Translations under genes and position numbers: made by a program
DNA from: Anaerolineae bacterium
GTDB lineage: Bacteria > Chloroflexota > Anaerolineae > JAAEKA01
Direction: 5' to 3'
Assembly (NCBI GenBank): GCA_049299095.1
Contig: JBAQWV010000154.1
Span: forward strand, 1,655 to 65,654
Length of the DNA: 64,000 nt
In this document: one piece after another, positions 54,735 to 64,000 of the stretch
How the letters are laid out: each line of letters begins with the position of its first letter
How positions within the stretch are numbered: the stretch's first letter is position 1
Notes under the pieces: model-generated
Seen by the model: the letters and a program-made list of their open reading frames with translations, nothing else
The model's database searches: none
Told to the model about the DNA's origin: nothing

Positions 54735-57519
54735 GACAGTGCAAGCGTACCCCCAAAACCGTATAAACCAGTTTAGACACTGGCGTACTGGGTTGATTTT
54801 GTTGCTGCTGGCGCTGCTGGGCAGCGTGTCTTGGGCCGCGGCCCAGGAAGAGGCGCCGATCACTTATCAACGCTACGATGTGGAGATGGCCGTACAGCCC
54901 GATGGCTCGATTATCGTGCGCGAAATCCAGCAAATTCGCTTCGACGGCCAGTTCACGCAGGCTTTTGCGCAAATCCCGCTGGCCTACACCACGCGCATTG
55001 ACGATGTGCAACTGTTCGAAGGGGACACCCCCTTGCAGCGCAATGGCAGCGGCTCCGGCTCCTTCACCACCGAATACGATAGCGACACTCTTTACGTGGA
55101 CTGGACGTACAGCCAAACGCAGCCGGGCGATGTACGCACCTTTGTCTTGCAATACACCGTGGTCGGCGGCCTGTGGGTCTATCCGAACGGCGACATTCTG
55201 GAGTGGCGCGCAGTGCCCGCGGATCGCAGCGGGATCGCGGTCGAGGCCAGCCGCGTTACGATTACGCTGCCCCCCGATCCGGCTACCGGCCAGCCCGTGC
55301 CAGCCTCGGCGTTGCAGGCCATCAGCTTTGTGCAACCAGCCGATCCCGTTTACAGTGACGGACAGGTAAGCTTCGAGAGCCTCGGCGCTATCCCTGACGG
55401 TATCCCCTTCCAGGTGCAGGTCGTTTTCCCACATGGTATCGTCAAGGCGCTGCCGCAGTTCTGGCAAATCGAGATGGACAGTGCCAGTCTGGCCTATCAT
55501 TACACTTCGCTGGACACCGAGTACACCTTCAACCTCGACGGCTCCGTGGACGTGGTGGAGCATCACCGTCTTGTCGTTGATGAAGGCACGCTTTGGCAGG
55601 GCGTCCACACCCTCACGCACACCGGCATGGACGACGTTACCGATGTGGCGGTGTTGGAAGGTACACAGCCGATGACAGAAACGGTGGACTTGTGCGATTA
55701 TTGCTTCTCGGTCACGCAAACCCCGCGGCTGCCAGGCTGGGTCAACTATGACGCACAGACAGACACCGTCAACGTGGACGAGGCCACAGCCGGCTCCACG
55801 ATCATTCAATGGACGGTTCCCGCGCTGGTGCAGGGGGAGGAAACGACCTTTCACCTGCATTACACCCTGCGCAACGCGCTGGGCATCAACGATGAAAACC
55901 AGTTCTTTCAGTGGAACACGGTGCTGGACGAAGCGGGCGTGCCGGTGGACACTGCCAGCATTCGCCTGATCCTGCCGACCGGTGTGGATGCCGCGCAGGT
56001 GCGGGTGAGCGGGGCCGCGGTGCAGAACCAGCCGGATGGCTCGCTGCTGCTGACGCCGATTGACCCGATCATCAATTCTGCAGAACGCTGGCAATGGCAG
56101 ATGGACTTGCCCGCACGCGCCACCGGCGCGACGCGCTCAGAGTGGCAGCAGGAGATGGAAAGCGCGCAGCAGGCCGCCCAGCGCGCAGCCGCGGCCCGCG
56201 CTCGCCGGCAATTGCTGATGGGTGGCTTGGCGGTGGCGATTTTGACATTGGGTCTGCTCGGCCTGTTGCTGGCCTGGTATCTGCGTGGCCGCGACGAACC
56301 CACTCCCCTGCCTGCGGAATACATCACCGAACCCCCGTCTGACCTGGCTCCGGGCCTCGTGGCCTATCTGCTTGACGAGCGTCCGACTGTGCAGGGCGTG
56401 CTGGCATCGCTGTTCCATCTAGCCTCGTTCGGCTTACTCAGCATTCGCCTCGCGCCAGAGATCGCTGTCCGGCGCAACTGGGACGAAAAGGTACAGGCGG
56501 GGCAGGTGTTGCGCGGGCCGGACGGACAAAATGCCGCGTTGCCCGCGCACCTGGCGATGCTGTTCAACAACCTGCGGTCAATCGTCGGCACCGACATCAG
56601 CAAAACGCTGGACAACGTGGCCGCGCCGTTGCAGGCCATTTTACCGCAGGTCTATGAGCAGATGGGCAAGGAAATTGGGCCGCTATTCGACGTGCTGCCT
56701 GACAAAGTGCGGGATCGCTGGCTGGGATGGGGCAAAATCATCACCCTGCTGGGGCTGCTGACGTTTCTTTTCGGCTGTGTCACTGTGCGCACGTTTGGCA
56801 GTCTGGCCCCTGCGCCGGGCGCGGCGTTGTTGCTGGTGGGGATTGTGTGGATGATCGCCAGCCGCTGGATGCCGCGGCACACGCCCGCGGGCGCGTTGGA
56901 AGCGGCAAAATGGCGCGCGTTCCGCCGCTATCTGCTCAACCTGGAAGATTACGGCAATCAGACCGAGGCGCAGGAGATTCTGGATCGTAATTTTGCCTAT
57001 GCGGTTGCGCTTGACGTGGCGGAAGTGGTGTTGCGCGACAGCGAGCGCCTGCAAGCGCAATTGCCTGTATGGACGCGCCCGATGGTGGTATCCAACGCCG
57101 GTTCATCTTCCAACGACTGGCCGGACACCAGCTCGGTGGAGTCGTCGCAAACGCTCTCTTGGCAGCCTGCACCGAGCGATGCACGCCCGCGCCCTGCCGC
57201 GGACGGGAATGATGGGCATGTCCCGGCGGGGGATCAGTCGTTGAGTGGACGATCCCGCGAGATTGGCACGCGCCTGAGCCTCGCCAGCCTGAGCCTGAAT
57301 CGTACCCTGACCGCGGCTTCCGGCAGCGGCGGTTCAACGATGGACGCTATGCGCCGGGCGGCGCGCAGCTCGTCCGGCGGCAGCAGCGGCACGCGCTACA
57401 GCGGCAGTTCCTCCTCCCGCAGTTCGAGTAGCTCCAGCAGCCGTAGTTCCAGTTCAAGTTCCAGCCGCAGTAGCAGCTCGCGCAGTAGTGGCGGCGGGGG
57501 GCGTCGCGGGTTCCGGTAA
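54724..57519 (+). CDS. DUF2207 family membrane protein with a Ser/Gly-rich C-terminal tail
   Basis: Signal peptide, an about 470-aa extracytoplasmic DUF2207-like region, TM segments, and a C-terminal tail SSSRSSSSSSSRSSSSSSSRSSSSRSSGGGGRRGFR. Confidence 0.55.
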   Translation: MRSKTVQAYPQNRINQFRHWRTGLILLLLALLGSVSWAAAQEEAPITYQRYDVEMAVQPDGSIIVREIQQIRFDGQFTQAFAQIPLAYTTRIDDVQLFEGDTPLQRNGSGSGSFTTEYDSDTLYVDWTYSQTQPGDVRTFVLQYTVVGGLWVYPNGDILEWRAVPADRSGIAVEASRVTITLPPDPATGQPVPASALQAISFVQPADPVYSDGQVSFESLGAIPDGIPFQVQVVFPHGIVKALPQFWQIEMDSASLAYHYTSLDTEYTFNLDGSVDVVEHHRLVVDEGTLWQGVHTLTHTGMDDVTDVAVLEGTQPMTETVDLCDYCFSVTQTPRLPGWVNYDAQTDTVNVDEATAGSTIIQWTVPALVQGEETTFHLHYTLRNALGINDENQFFQWNTVLDEAGVPVDTASIRLILPTGVDAAQVRVSGAAVQNQPDGSLLLTPIDPIINSAERWQWQMDLPARATGATRSEWQQEMESAQQAAQRAAAARARRQLLMGGLAVAILTLGLLGLLLAWYLRGRDEPTPLPAEYITEPPSDLAPGLVAYLLDERPTVQGVLASLFHLASFGLLSIRLAPEIAVRRNWDEKVQAGQVLRGPDGQNAALPAHLAMLFNNLRSIVGTDISKTLDNVAAPLQAILPQVYEQMGKEIGPLFDVLPDKVRDRWLGWGKIITLLGLLTFLFGCVTVRTFGSLAPAPGAALLLVGIVWMIASRWMPRHTPAGALEAAKWRAFRRYLLNLEDYGNQTEAQEILDRNFAYAVALDVAEVVLRDSERLQAQLPVWTRPMVVSNAGSSSNDWPDTSSVESSQTLSWQPAPSDARPRPAADGNDGHVPAGDQSLSGRSREIGTRLSLASLSLNRTLTAASGSGGSTMDAMRRAARSSSGGSSGTRYSGSSSSRSSSSSSSRSSSSSSSRSSSSRSSGGGGRRGFR

Positions 57520-57538
57520 ACCAAATTCCAGGTAATGG

Positions 57539-57585
57539 AAAGACTTCGGGAGTGGTTGTTCTGACTTCCGAAGTCTTTTTATACT
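57539..57585. terminator. bidirectional intrinsic terminator between convergent DUF2207 and ggt genes
   Basis: AAAGACTTCGGGAG-loop-CTTCCGAAGTCTTTTTAT. Confidence 0.7.
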
Positions 57586-59210
57586 CCGCGCATCACTGCC
57601 GCACCGCCCCGGCGCGCGTCGCCCACAGCTATCAGCCCGCGATCCGATGTCTGCTGTACCGCATGTACACCGCCAAAGAACATGTGTCGCGTCTGCCAGC
57701 GATTGATGCGATAACCCGCATCAGTCAGCACGGCAACAGTCGCGGGGTCGTTGCCCCCCTCCACCTGCAACATGCCCTCTTCAAAGTGAATGCGCGGCGC
57801 GGCTACCGCCTCCTCCAGCGGCAAGCCATAGGCCAGGCTGTTCAGCAGCACCTGCACAATCGCGCTACGAATGCGGTTAGCGCCGCCGCTGCCCAACGCC
57901 AGCACCGGCTGGCCGTCGTGCAGCACCACCGTCGGCGACATCATTGAGGGGATGCGCACGCCAGGCGGCGACTTGTGGAAGCCCTGCGGATGCAAGTCAG
58001 CCTCGCCCAGCATGTTGTTTAGAATCACGCCCGTCCCCGGCACGATAAACCCCGCGCCTTCACCGCCGCTAGTGGTCAGGCTCACCACCAGGCCATCTTC
58101 ATCCATCACGGAAATCTGCGTTGTGCTGGGCATGGCCGGCGGTACGCTGTCCAGCGAGCGTTCGGCCACCGGCAAAGCCAGCAAGTCTAGCAGCACGCGC
58201 TGCCAACGACGCACCGTGCCCGCGCCCAGCAGGCGACTGGCTTGCTGCCGCGGGTGTAACTCTTGCGCTTCCAGCTCACGCCGCGCCAGATGCGTCACAC
58301 GCATCGCTTCGGCCAGCGTCTCCAGCGCGTCGGCGCGGCCAAAACTGACTGGATCGAGCGGCAGCGCAGCCAGCAGTTGCAGCGTAAAGGTAATCAATAG
58401 CCCGCCGCGGCTAGGCGGGGGATTGGTCAATACATCGAAGGCGCGGAAGCGCGACTGGAGCGGTGGGTAGCGGCGCACACGATACCGCTGCAAGTCCTCG
58501 GCGGTCAGCAGGCCGCCGTTGGCCCTCTGGTCGGCCACAATCGCGCGCGCGATCTCGCCGTGCGAGAAGAGCCGCGGGCCTTCCTGCCCCAACGCCTCCA
58601 GTGTGTCGGCCAGCGCAGGCATCATCACCAGATCGCCTGCCTGCTTCAGGCCCCCTTCCGGTCGCCCAAAGATCGCCGCGCACTCCGGCGTCAGCAGCAA
58701 AATCGGCTCGATCAGCCCGCCGATGAACGCCTGAATTTCGCTAATCGGGCAGCCGGTGCGGGCCAGCCGAATGGCAGGTTCCAGCAGCACCGGTAGCGGC
58801 AGGCGGCCTGCCTCGCTCGCCAGCGTACACAGCCCGGCAATGTTGCCCGGTGTGGCGACTGCACCGCGGCCCACGTAAAAATGCTGGTGCGAGGGGCCAT
58901 AGTCAACGGTGATTTCCTGAAAATCAATTGCATTGGTGGGGGGCTGAAGTGCACGCCCCAGACCGGGGCCGGTGCTGAAGAAGTCCAGCAGCTCGCCCGT
59001 GCCCCTGGCTGTATTGTAAACCAGCGCAAAGCCGCCGCCGCCTGGTGCAGACAGTGTATATTCGGTGATAAACGTGGCAAAGGTGGCCGCGACCGCAGCA
59101 TCCACTGCGTTGCCACCGCGTTCGAGCATTTCCGCGCCCGCGGCCGCGGTCAGGGGATGCCCTGCGGCAACCGCGCCGCGTTTGGGGGAGAAGGAAGGCT
59201 TCACAATCAA
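57579..59210 (-). CDS. ggt: gamma-glutamyltranspeptidase
   Basis: 543 aa with the autoprocessing site Thr context (PPAMPSTTQISV) and a GGT family pattern. Confidence 0.85.
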   Translation of the reverse strand: MIVKPSFSPKRGAVAAGHPLTAAAGAEMLERGGNAVDAAVAATFATFITEYTLSAPGGGGFALVYNTARGTGELLDFFSTGPGLGRALQPPTNAIDFQEITVDYGPSHQHFYVGRGAVATPGNIAGLCTLASEAGRLPLPVLLEPAIRLARTGCPISEIQAFIGGLIEPILLLTPECAAIFGRPEGGLKQAGDLVMMPALADTLEALGQEGPRLFSHGEIARAIVADQRANGGLLTAEDLQRYRVRRYPPLQSRFRAFDVLTNPPPSRGGLLITFTLQLLAALPLDPVSFGRADALETLAEAMRVTHLARRELEAQELHPRQQASRLLGAGTVRRWQRVLLDLLALPVAERSLDSVPPAMPSTTQISVMDEDGLVVSLTTSGGEGAGFIVPGTGVILNNMLGEADLHPQGFHKSPPGVRIPSMMSPTVVLHDGQPVLALGSGGANRIRSAIVQVLLNSLAYGLPLEEAVAAPRIHFEEGMLQVEGGNDPATVAVLTDAGYRINRWQTRHMFFGGVHAVQQTSDRGLIAVGDARRGGAAVMRGV

Positions 59211-59260
59211 ACTCCACGAGAGTTAATGCGTATTACGACGTACTGCGAAATACACACGGC

Positions 59261-61237
59261 TTACAGCTCGGCAATTACCTCGCCGATGCCCACGGTGTCG
59301 TAGCCGCCCAACGCGTCCACGGTGGCGGCGAAGCCCTCCGAACGGATCACATGCAGCAGCGGGGCCAGCAAGGTGCTATGGAAGAAGCGGCGCGGGATCA
59401 CCAGATCGTATTGTTCGTTGAACAGCGGCACGAAATCGAGATGTAGCGCGCGCGCGGCAGCCAGAATGCCCAGCCCGCAGTCTGCTGCGCCTGACTTGAC
59501 CGCCGCGGCCACAGCCAGATGCGTGTACTCTTGCCGATCATAGCCCTGCACCTGCCGTCGCTTGATGCCCAGCTTGCCCAGTTCGAAATCGAGCAGCACG
59601 CGCGTGCCCGCGCCGCGCTGCCGGTTGATGAAGGCCACGTCCGGGCGGGTTAAATCGGTCAGGCTGGCGATCTGCTTCGGGTTGCCGGTTGGCACGATCA
59701 ACCCCTGCACGCGACCAACAAAGCGCAGCAATACCACGCCGTCTGGATCGCCCGCGGCGCGGCTCAAGCCAACTTCGTCAATCGCCTTGAAGTTGTACGT
59801 GCCGCTGGCTTCATCCAGCAGGTGCGAACCGGCCAGATGCGCTTCGCCGCGCTTGAGGGCCAGCAGGCCGCCCAGGCTGCCCACGTTGGAGGAGGTCAAT
59901 GCCAGTTCGGGGCGCAGTCGCCGTAATTGATCGGCCAGCACGTCGAGGGTCATGTCGTGGCTGCCGATGGAAACAATCGTGTTGCGCACCGCTTCCGGCG
60001 TGCGCAGCAGCTCCACCTGCACCGCCGCGCCGGCATGTTCCCCTTCGCTGAAGCGTGGCAGGCGCACAATGCCATCGGCACGTACCAGTGACATAATCAC
60101 ACCTGCACCGCGCTGCAACGGGGTCGCCACCAGCCGCTCGCCGACCTGGCCCAGCGTGACGCGCAGAAATTCTTCTTCGCCCATCGCAGAATAGACCTTT
60201 TGCGTCAGGCGTGCGGTCACCTGGGGGCGTTCCGGCGGCAGCAGCCCCTGCATGGCATACAACACTGGCTTGACCAGCAGTTCAAAGGTCATGGCCGCGG
60301 ACGCGGGATAGCCCGGGATGCCGACCAGCGGCTTGCCCTGTCCACCGCCGCGGCCCTCGGCAACGCCGAGGATCACCGGATGGCCGGGCTTGATAGCGAT
60401 GCCATGCACCACCACGCGACCCAGGCTGCTGATCACACGCGCAGAAAAATCTTCTGACCCGGCTGACGATCCGGCGTTGATGGCCACGAGGTCGTGAGTT
60501 TCCAGCGCAGCCTGTACCACCGCGCGGATCATCTCAAAATCGTCGGGCACGGGATCGAAGCGACTGACAGCGCAGCCCCATTCCTCAGCCAGCCCGCCCA
60601 GCACCAGCGAGTTGTATTCGATGATGTCACCGGGGCGCAGCGCGTCCAACCCACCCAGGCTGGACAAACGCACCAATTCGTCGCCGGTGGGGATGATCGC
60701 CACGCGCGGCCGACTGCGCACGGCCAGATGCGTGTGCCCACAGCCGACGACCGCGCCGAGATCAGCCGGACGCAGCCGATGGTTGGAAGGCAGCACCAAC
60801 TGCGTGGCGACAATGTCCTCGCCCATCGGGCGGACGTGCCGCCACGGAGGGATGGCCGCGAGAATTTCGATGGCCTCGCCCTCCGTCGTGGAGACCCCTT
60901 GCACTTCCTCGACCATGAGGACAGCATCGGTGTCGGGCGGCATGGCGTCGCCGGTGTCCACGTAAAAAGCCTGCTGGCCGATCAACAGGTGGCGCGGCCG
61001 TGTTTCAGTGGCGCCGGTGGTGGCTGCGGCGCGCACCGCATAGCCGTCCATAGCTGCGGCGTGGTAGTGGGGCGATGAAATGCGCGCCCACACCGGCGCG
61101 GCGGTTACCCGGTTCAGGCAGTCGGCCACCGGCAGCGATTCGCTCGCCAGCGTGCCGAGCGCGTTGGCGTCCAGCAGCGCCTGCCGCCACGCCTGTATGG
61201 CTTCGTCGAGATCAATATCGTGAAGGTACATAGTCAA
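59261..61237 (-). CDS. moeA: molybdopterin molybdenumtransferase MoeA fused to a C-terminal periplasmic-binding-protein-like (PBP-like) domain
   Basis: MoeA N, MoCF_biosynth and MoeA C domains (GDEL, GGVSMG-like motifs) span residues 1-~400. A PBP-like fold follows in residues ~420-658. Confidence 0.7.
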   Translation of the reverse strand: MTMYLHDIDLDEAIQAWRQALLDANALGTLASESLPVADCLNRVTAAPVWARISSPHYHAAAMDGYAVRAAATTGATETRPRHLLIGQQAFYVDTGDAMPPDTDAVLMVEEVQGVSTTEGEAIEILAAIPPWRHVRPMGEDIVATQLVLPSNHRLRPADLGAVVGCGHTHLAVRSRPRVAIIPTGDELVRLSSLGGLDALRPGDIIEYNSLVLGGLAEEWGCAVSRFDPVPDDFEMIRAVVQAALETHDLVAINAGSSAGSEDFSARVISSLGRVVVHGIAIKPGHPVILGVAEGRGGGQGKPLVGIPGYPASAAMTFELLVKPVLYAMQGLLPPERPQVTARLTQKVYSAMGEEEFLRVTLGQVGERLVATPLQRGAGVIMSLVRADGIVRLPRFSEGEHAGAAVQVELLRTPEAVRNTIVSIGSHDMTLDVLADQLRRLRPELALTSSNVGSLGGLLALKRGEAHLAGSHLLDEASGTYNFKAIDEVGLSRAAGDPDGVVLLRFVGRVQGLIVPTGNPKQIASLTDLTRPDVAFINRQRGAGTRVLLDFELGKLGIKRRQVQGYDRQEYTHLAVAAAVKSGAADCGLGILAAARALHLDFVPLFNEQYDLVIPRRFFHSTLLAPLLHVIRSEGFAATVDALGGYDTVGIGEVIAEL

Positions 61238-61257
61238 TTACGCGTGGAGAGTGTGGT

Positions 61258-61905
61258 TTATGGATTGCGCGTCAACACCTGCACTGGCTCACCCAGAAAC
61301 TTCGGCTGCTGATTCAGCACCGTGACATCCAGCACCGCTTTGGCGCGCGCCAGCACCTCGCGGGCGCGCACACGACGATCCCAGTAGCCGCGCGGCCCCG
61401 GCGCAGCATAGCCCACTGCATCGTGGCCGCGCTGATCGGCCAGGTACAGCGCGCGCTCCACATGGAACTGCTGCGACACAATCGTATACGAAGTGAGGCC
61501 GAACACCTGCTCCGCGCGGTAGATCGAATCAAGCGTGCGAAAGCCCGCGTAATCCTCAGTGATATAGGCCGCGGGCACGCCCAGCGCCACCAGGTCGTTG
61601 CGCATCTCGTCCGGCTCGTTGTAATTATCCACGCTGTTATCGCCGCTGACCACGATGCCATCCACCTTGCCCGCGTCGTATAACGCCGCGGCCGCGCGGA
61701 TGCGCCCCATGTAAAAGCTGTTGACGCGGCCATTGGTGTACTTCGCTGTACCCAGCACCAGCGCCACCGAGCGATGCGGAATCGCGTCCAGCGAGTCGTA
61801 GACGCGGCCAGCCGCATTTTTCGTCATCGAGGTGTCGGCCCACCAGGCAAAGCCAGCCGCAGCCAGCGCCAATGCCAGTCCTGCTAACAACACTTTCTTG
61901 ATCAC
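61258..61905 (-). CDS. SanA/YdcF (DUF218) family protein
   Basis: N-terminal TM plus a DUF218 core (ALVLGTAKY...GKVDGIVVSGDN). Confidence 0.7.
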   Translation of the reverse strand: MIKKVLLAGLALALAAAGFAWWADTSMTKNAAGRVYDSLDAIPHRSVALVLGTAKYTNGRVNSFYMGRIRAAAALYDAGKVDGIVVSGDNSVDNYNEPDEMRNDLVALGVPAAYITEDYAGFRTLDSIYRAEQVFGLTSYTIVSQQFHVERALYLADQRGHDAVGYAAPGPRGYWDRRVRAREVLARAKAVLDVTVLNQQPKFLGEPVQVLTRNP

Positions 61906-61912
61906 AGCTCCC

Positions 61913-64000
61913 TCATGGACTGAGTACCAGCCGCTGCTGCGCGTTGCGATCCACTGCCTGACGGCTGAACGGCAGCGGCAGCATCAGGCCGTTGCGCCAC
62001 AGTGAAATCTGATCGGCGTAGTTGGGGCTGGCCACATGGCCAGACTGCCCCCCCGGCACCACAATCTGACAGCGGTCCCAGTCGCTCAAATCAGCGATAA
62101 AGCGCACGGCGTCCACCACCTTGACCGGTTCAAACGGAAAGACCGGCTTACCCGAAGCGCGCAGCAGCGTGTCCTGGTCGCCGTCCATCGGGTACGGCCC
62201 GCGGTTGAAAAGCCAGTTGAAGGGCTTGACCGAACCGACCGGATGCGCGAAATGCACCTTGTTCAGCCGTCCCCACGTCCAGGTTTCGATATCCTCGCCC
62301 AACTGCTGATCAAGCTGCTTGAGCGCAATGCGCAGCGCGCGGTGCAGTAATTCAATCTTGGGCCGCGGAATGCCGGTTTCGGGATCGCGCAGCCAGTACG
62401 CGTCCCCCTTGCCATCCAGAATATCGAGCAGCCGCACAATGCTGCGCCCATGATACGGCCCCACATCGCCCATCGGCGTTGGATCGAGGCCGATGTAAGC
62501 GTCGGCCAGCTCGCCCAGATGCCGGTCAAACATTTCATGCAGCGCCATCAGGCGGGTGGTTTCGTACACACTGGCCGCCACGCTGTCAGCCGACATGCGA
62601 TAATCCCAGCCGCGCAGCAACTCCAGCGCGCGGGCTTCGCGCGTGTTGGTCGGTTGGATCGGGAGCAGGTGACGCACAAACCGCTTGGCCTGTGCGCTAT
62701 AGGTGTCGCGTTGCATCGTGGTGAAATCGGCAATGGTCACTTTCTGTCGGCTTTGCAACAGCTCCACCAGCCGCGTGGCGCGGCTGGGATTCTCCAGATC
62801 CGTGCTAAGGAAGTGCGGATACGTCGGGTCCACCACCTGATTATTGGCCGCGCCCAGCCAGCCGTCCGCCGGATCGAAAGCTTGCGGCAATTCCTCCAGA
62901 CTGAGGAAGCGCGTCCATTCGTATTCGCCCGCCCAGCCTGGCACTGGCGCAATCCCATAACCCTGCGCTCGCACCGGCATCCAGCCCGCTTGCAGATAGC
63001 CAATATGCCCATCCACATCCGCGTAGACAAAGTTATGCGCCGGTGCAGCCCAGCTAGCCAGCGCCGCGCGGAATTCCTGCCAGTTGTTCGCCCGGCCATA
63101 GCCCAGGATCGCGCCCAGCATGTCCGCCTGATCCAGCGCCACCCAGCGCAGCGCCATCGGCTGCGTCTCGCCCATCAAGTCATGCACCAGCGGGCCATGC
63201 TGCGTGGCGCGCGTAGTGACCACCACCGGCTCGCTGCGCCCCTTCACCTGGATCACTTCCTGCACCACTTGCACCGGCAGCCAGTCGCCATTGAACTCGT
63301 ATTCGTCAGGGTTCTGGGGATTTAGGCGTTCGATAAACAAATCCTGCGCATCTTGCCAAGCTGTGGTCAGTCCCCACGCACACTGACGGTTGTGTCCAAC
63401 CACCACGCCGGGCGCGCCGGGGAAGGAAGTGCCCGCCACATGATAGCGTCCCCCCTCCAGATGCACCTGATACCACAGCGCGGGCATCGCCACCGACATG
63501 TGTGTGTCGTTCGCCAGCAGCGGTTTGCCGGAATGGGTGCGCTCGCCATTCACCACCCATTGGTTGCTCGCGCCTGGGTTCAGCGAAATAATACCGGACA
63601 GCGGCGCCGCGGGTGCGGGTCGCACGGTCGTGCTGCCCAACAAATCCTGCACCAGTTGCAACGCCTCGCGCACCGCCGGGCTGCCCCAGCCGTTGGGCGG
63701 CGCAGCAGCAGACTGGCCGGAGCCGCTGACGATGGTCGGATTATCCGCCGGATAAGCCGGTTCGAGGTCTGCGGCCAACTCTGCGCCCAACTTGACAGCC
63801 AGTCGTGCGCGCAGCAGCTCGCTGGCCCAATTGCCACTCAACACCAGCGCCATAAACTTCGCCCAGTAGAGGCTGTCCACCGGTCGCCAGGGTTGTGGCT
63901 CGAAGCGCAGCAGGGTAAATTCCAGCGACCAGCGGCCCTGCTGGCTGCGCATGTACGCATTGACGCCCGCCGCGTAGGCTGCCAACGTGGCCTGCGTTTC
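61913..64000 (-). CDS. penicillin acylase family protein (Ntn-hydrolase S45), N-terminal part beyond the window
   Basis: Beta-subunit N-terminal nucleophile context SNQWVVNG and the S45 family pattern. The ORF remains open to the window edge. Confidence 0.8.
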   Translation of the reverse strand, partial: ETQATLAAYAAGVNAYMRSQQGRWSLEFTLLRFEPQPWRPVDSLYWAKFMALVLSGNWASELLRARLAVKLGAELAADLEPAYPADNPTIVSGSGQSAAAPPNGWGSPAVREALQLVQDLLGSTTVRPAPAAPLSGIISLNPGASNQWVVNGERTHSGKPLLANDTHMSVAMPALWYQVHLEGGRYHVAGTSFPGAPGVVVGHNRQCAWGLTTAWQDAQDLFIERLNPQNPDEYEFNGDWLPVQVVQEVIQVKGRSEPVVVTTRATQHGPLVHDLMGETQPMALRWVALDQADMLGAILGYGRANNWQEFRAALASWAAPAHNFVYADVDGHIGYLQAGWMPVRAQGYGIAPVPGWAGEYEWTRFLSLEELPQAFDPADGWLGAANNQVVDPTYPHFLSTDLENPSRATRLVELLQSRQKVTIADFTTMQRDTYSAQAKRFVRHLLPIQPTNTREARALELLRGWDYRMSADSVAASVYETTRLMALHEMFDRHLGELADAYIGLDPTPMGDVGPYHGRSIVRLLDILDGKGDAYWLRDPETGIPRPKIELLHRALRIALKQLDQQLGEDIETWTWGRLNKVHFAHPVGSVKPFNWLFNRGPYPMDGDQDTLLRASGKPVFPFEPVKVVDAVRFIADLSDWDRCQIVVPGGQSGHVASPNYADQISLWRNGLMLPLPFSRQAVDRNAQQRLVLSP

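Overview
A GC-rich (about 60-65% GC) bacterial chromosomal segment carrying roughly 50 protein-coding genes, one tRNA and several structured non-coding elements. The gene content is housekeeping plus accessory metabolism. I see no transposases, integrases, CRISPR arrays or rRNA. At the left edge there is a T-box leader controlling a thrS that lacks the N-terminal TGS domain, and a tRNA-Val(GAC). Further along there is a GT39/ArnT-like glycosyltransferase, a large surface protein with Ig-like repeats, an XRE-HTH/4-TM-protein/NatAB-like ABC exporter operon and a decayed sugar-ABC permease pseudogene. An amino-acid/peptide ABC importer locus is built around a single lipoprotein that fuses a family-3 and a family-5 substrate-binding domain. 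Beyond it are a divergent Amt transporter, a redox-stress cluster (tpx, bcp, htrA, dedA) and a kimA-type K+ transporter followed by an N-terminally truncated kdpD and kdpE. The remainder holds a tandem pair of CNNM/CorC transporters, a fadD/thioesterase/MDR block, a DUF2207 protein, ggt, a MoeA-PBP fusion, SanA and a partial penicillin acylase. The most unusual items are: (i) a MoaD/ThiS-like ubiquitin-fold domain ending in Gly-Gly that is fused in frame, with no stop codon, to a 3-methyladenine DNA glycosylase and is expressed from an apparently leaderless promoter; (ii) a ThiF/MoeB E1-like enzyme whose C-terminal extension also ends in Gly-Gly; (iii) the dual-SBP fusion in a permease locus that lacks peptide-type ATPases; (iv) kimA-kdpDE with no kdpFABC; (v) a roughly 420-bp complex tandem repeat; (vi) a recurrent family of GGTAGA/TCTACC-based direct and inverted repeats confined to intergenic regions.
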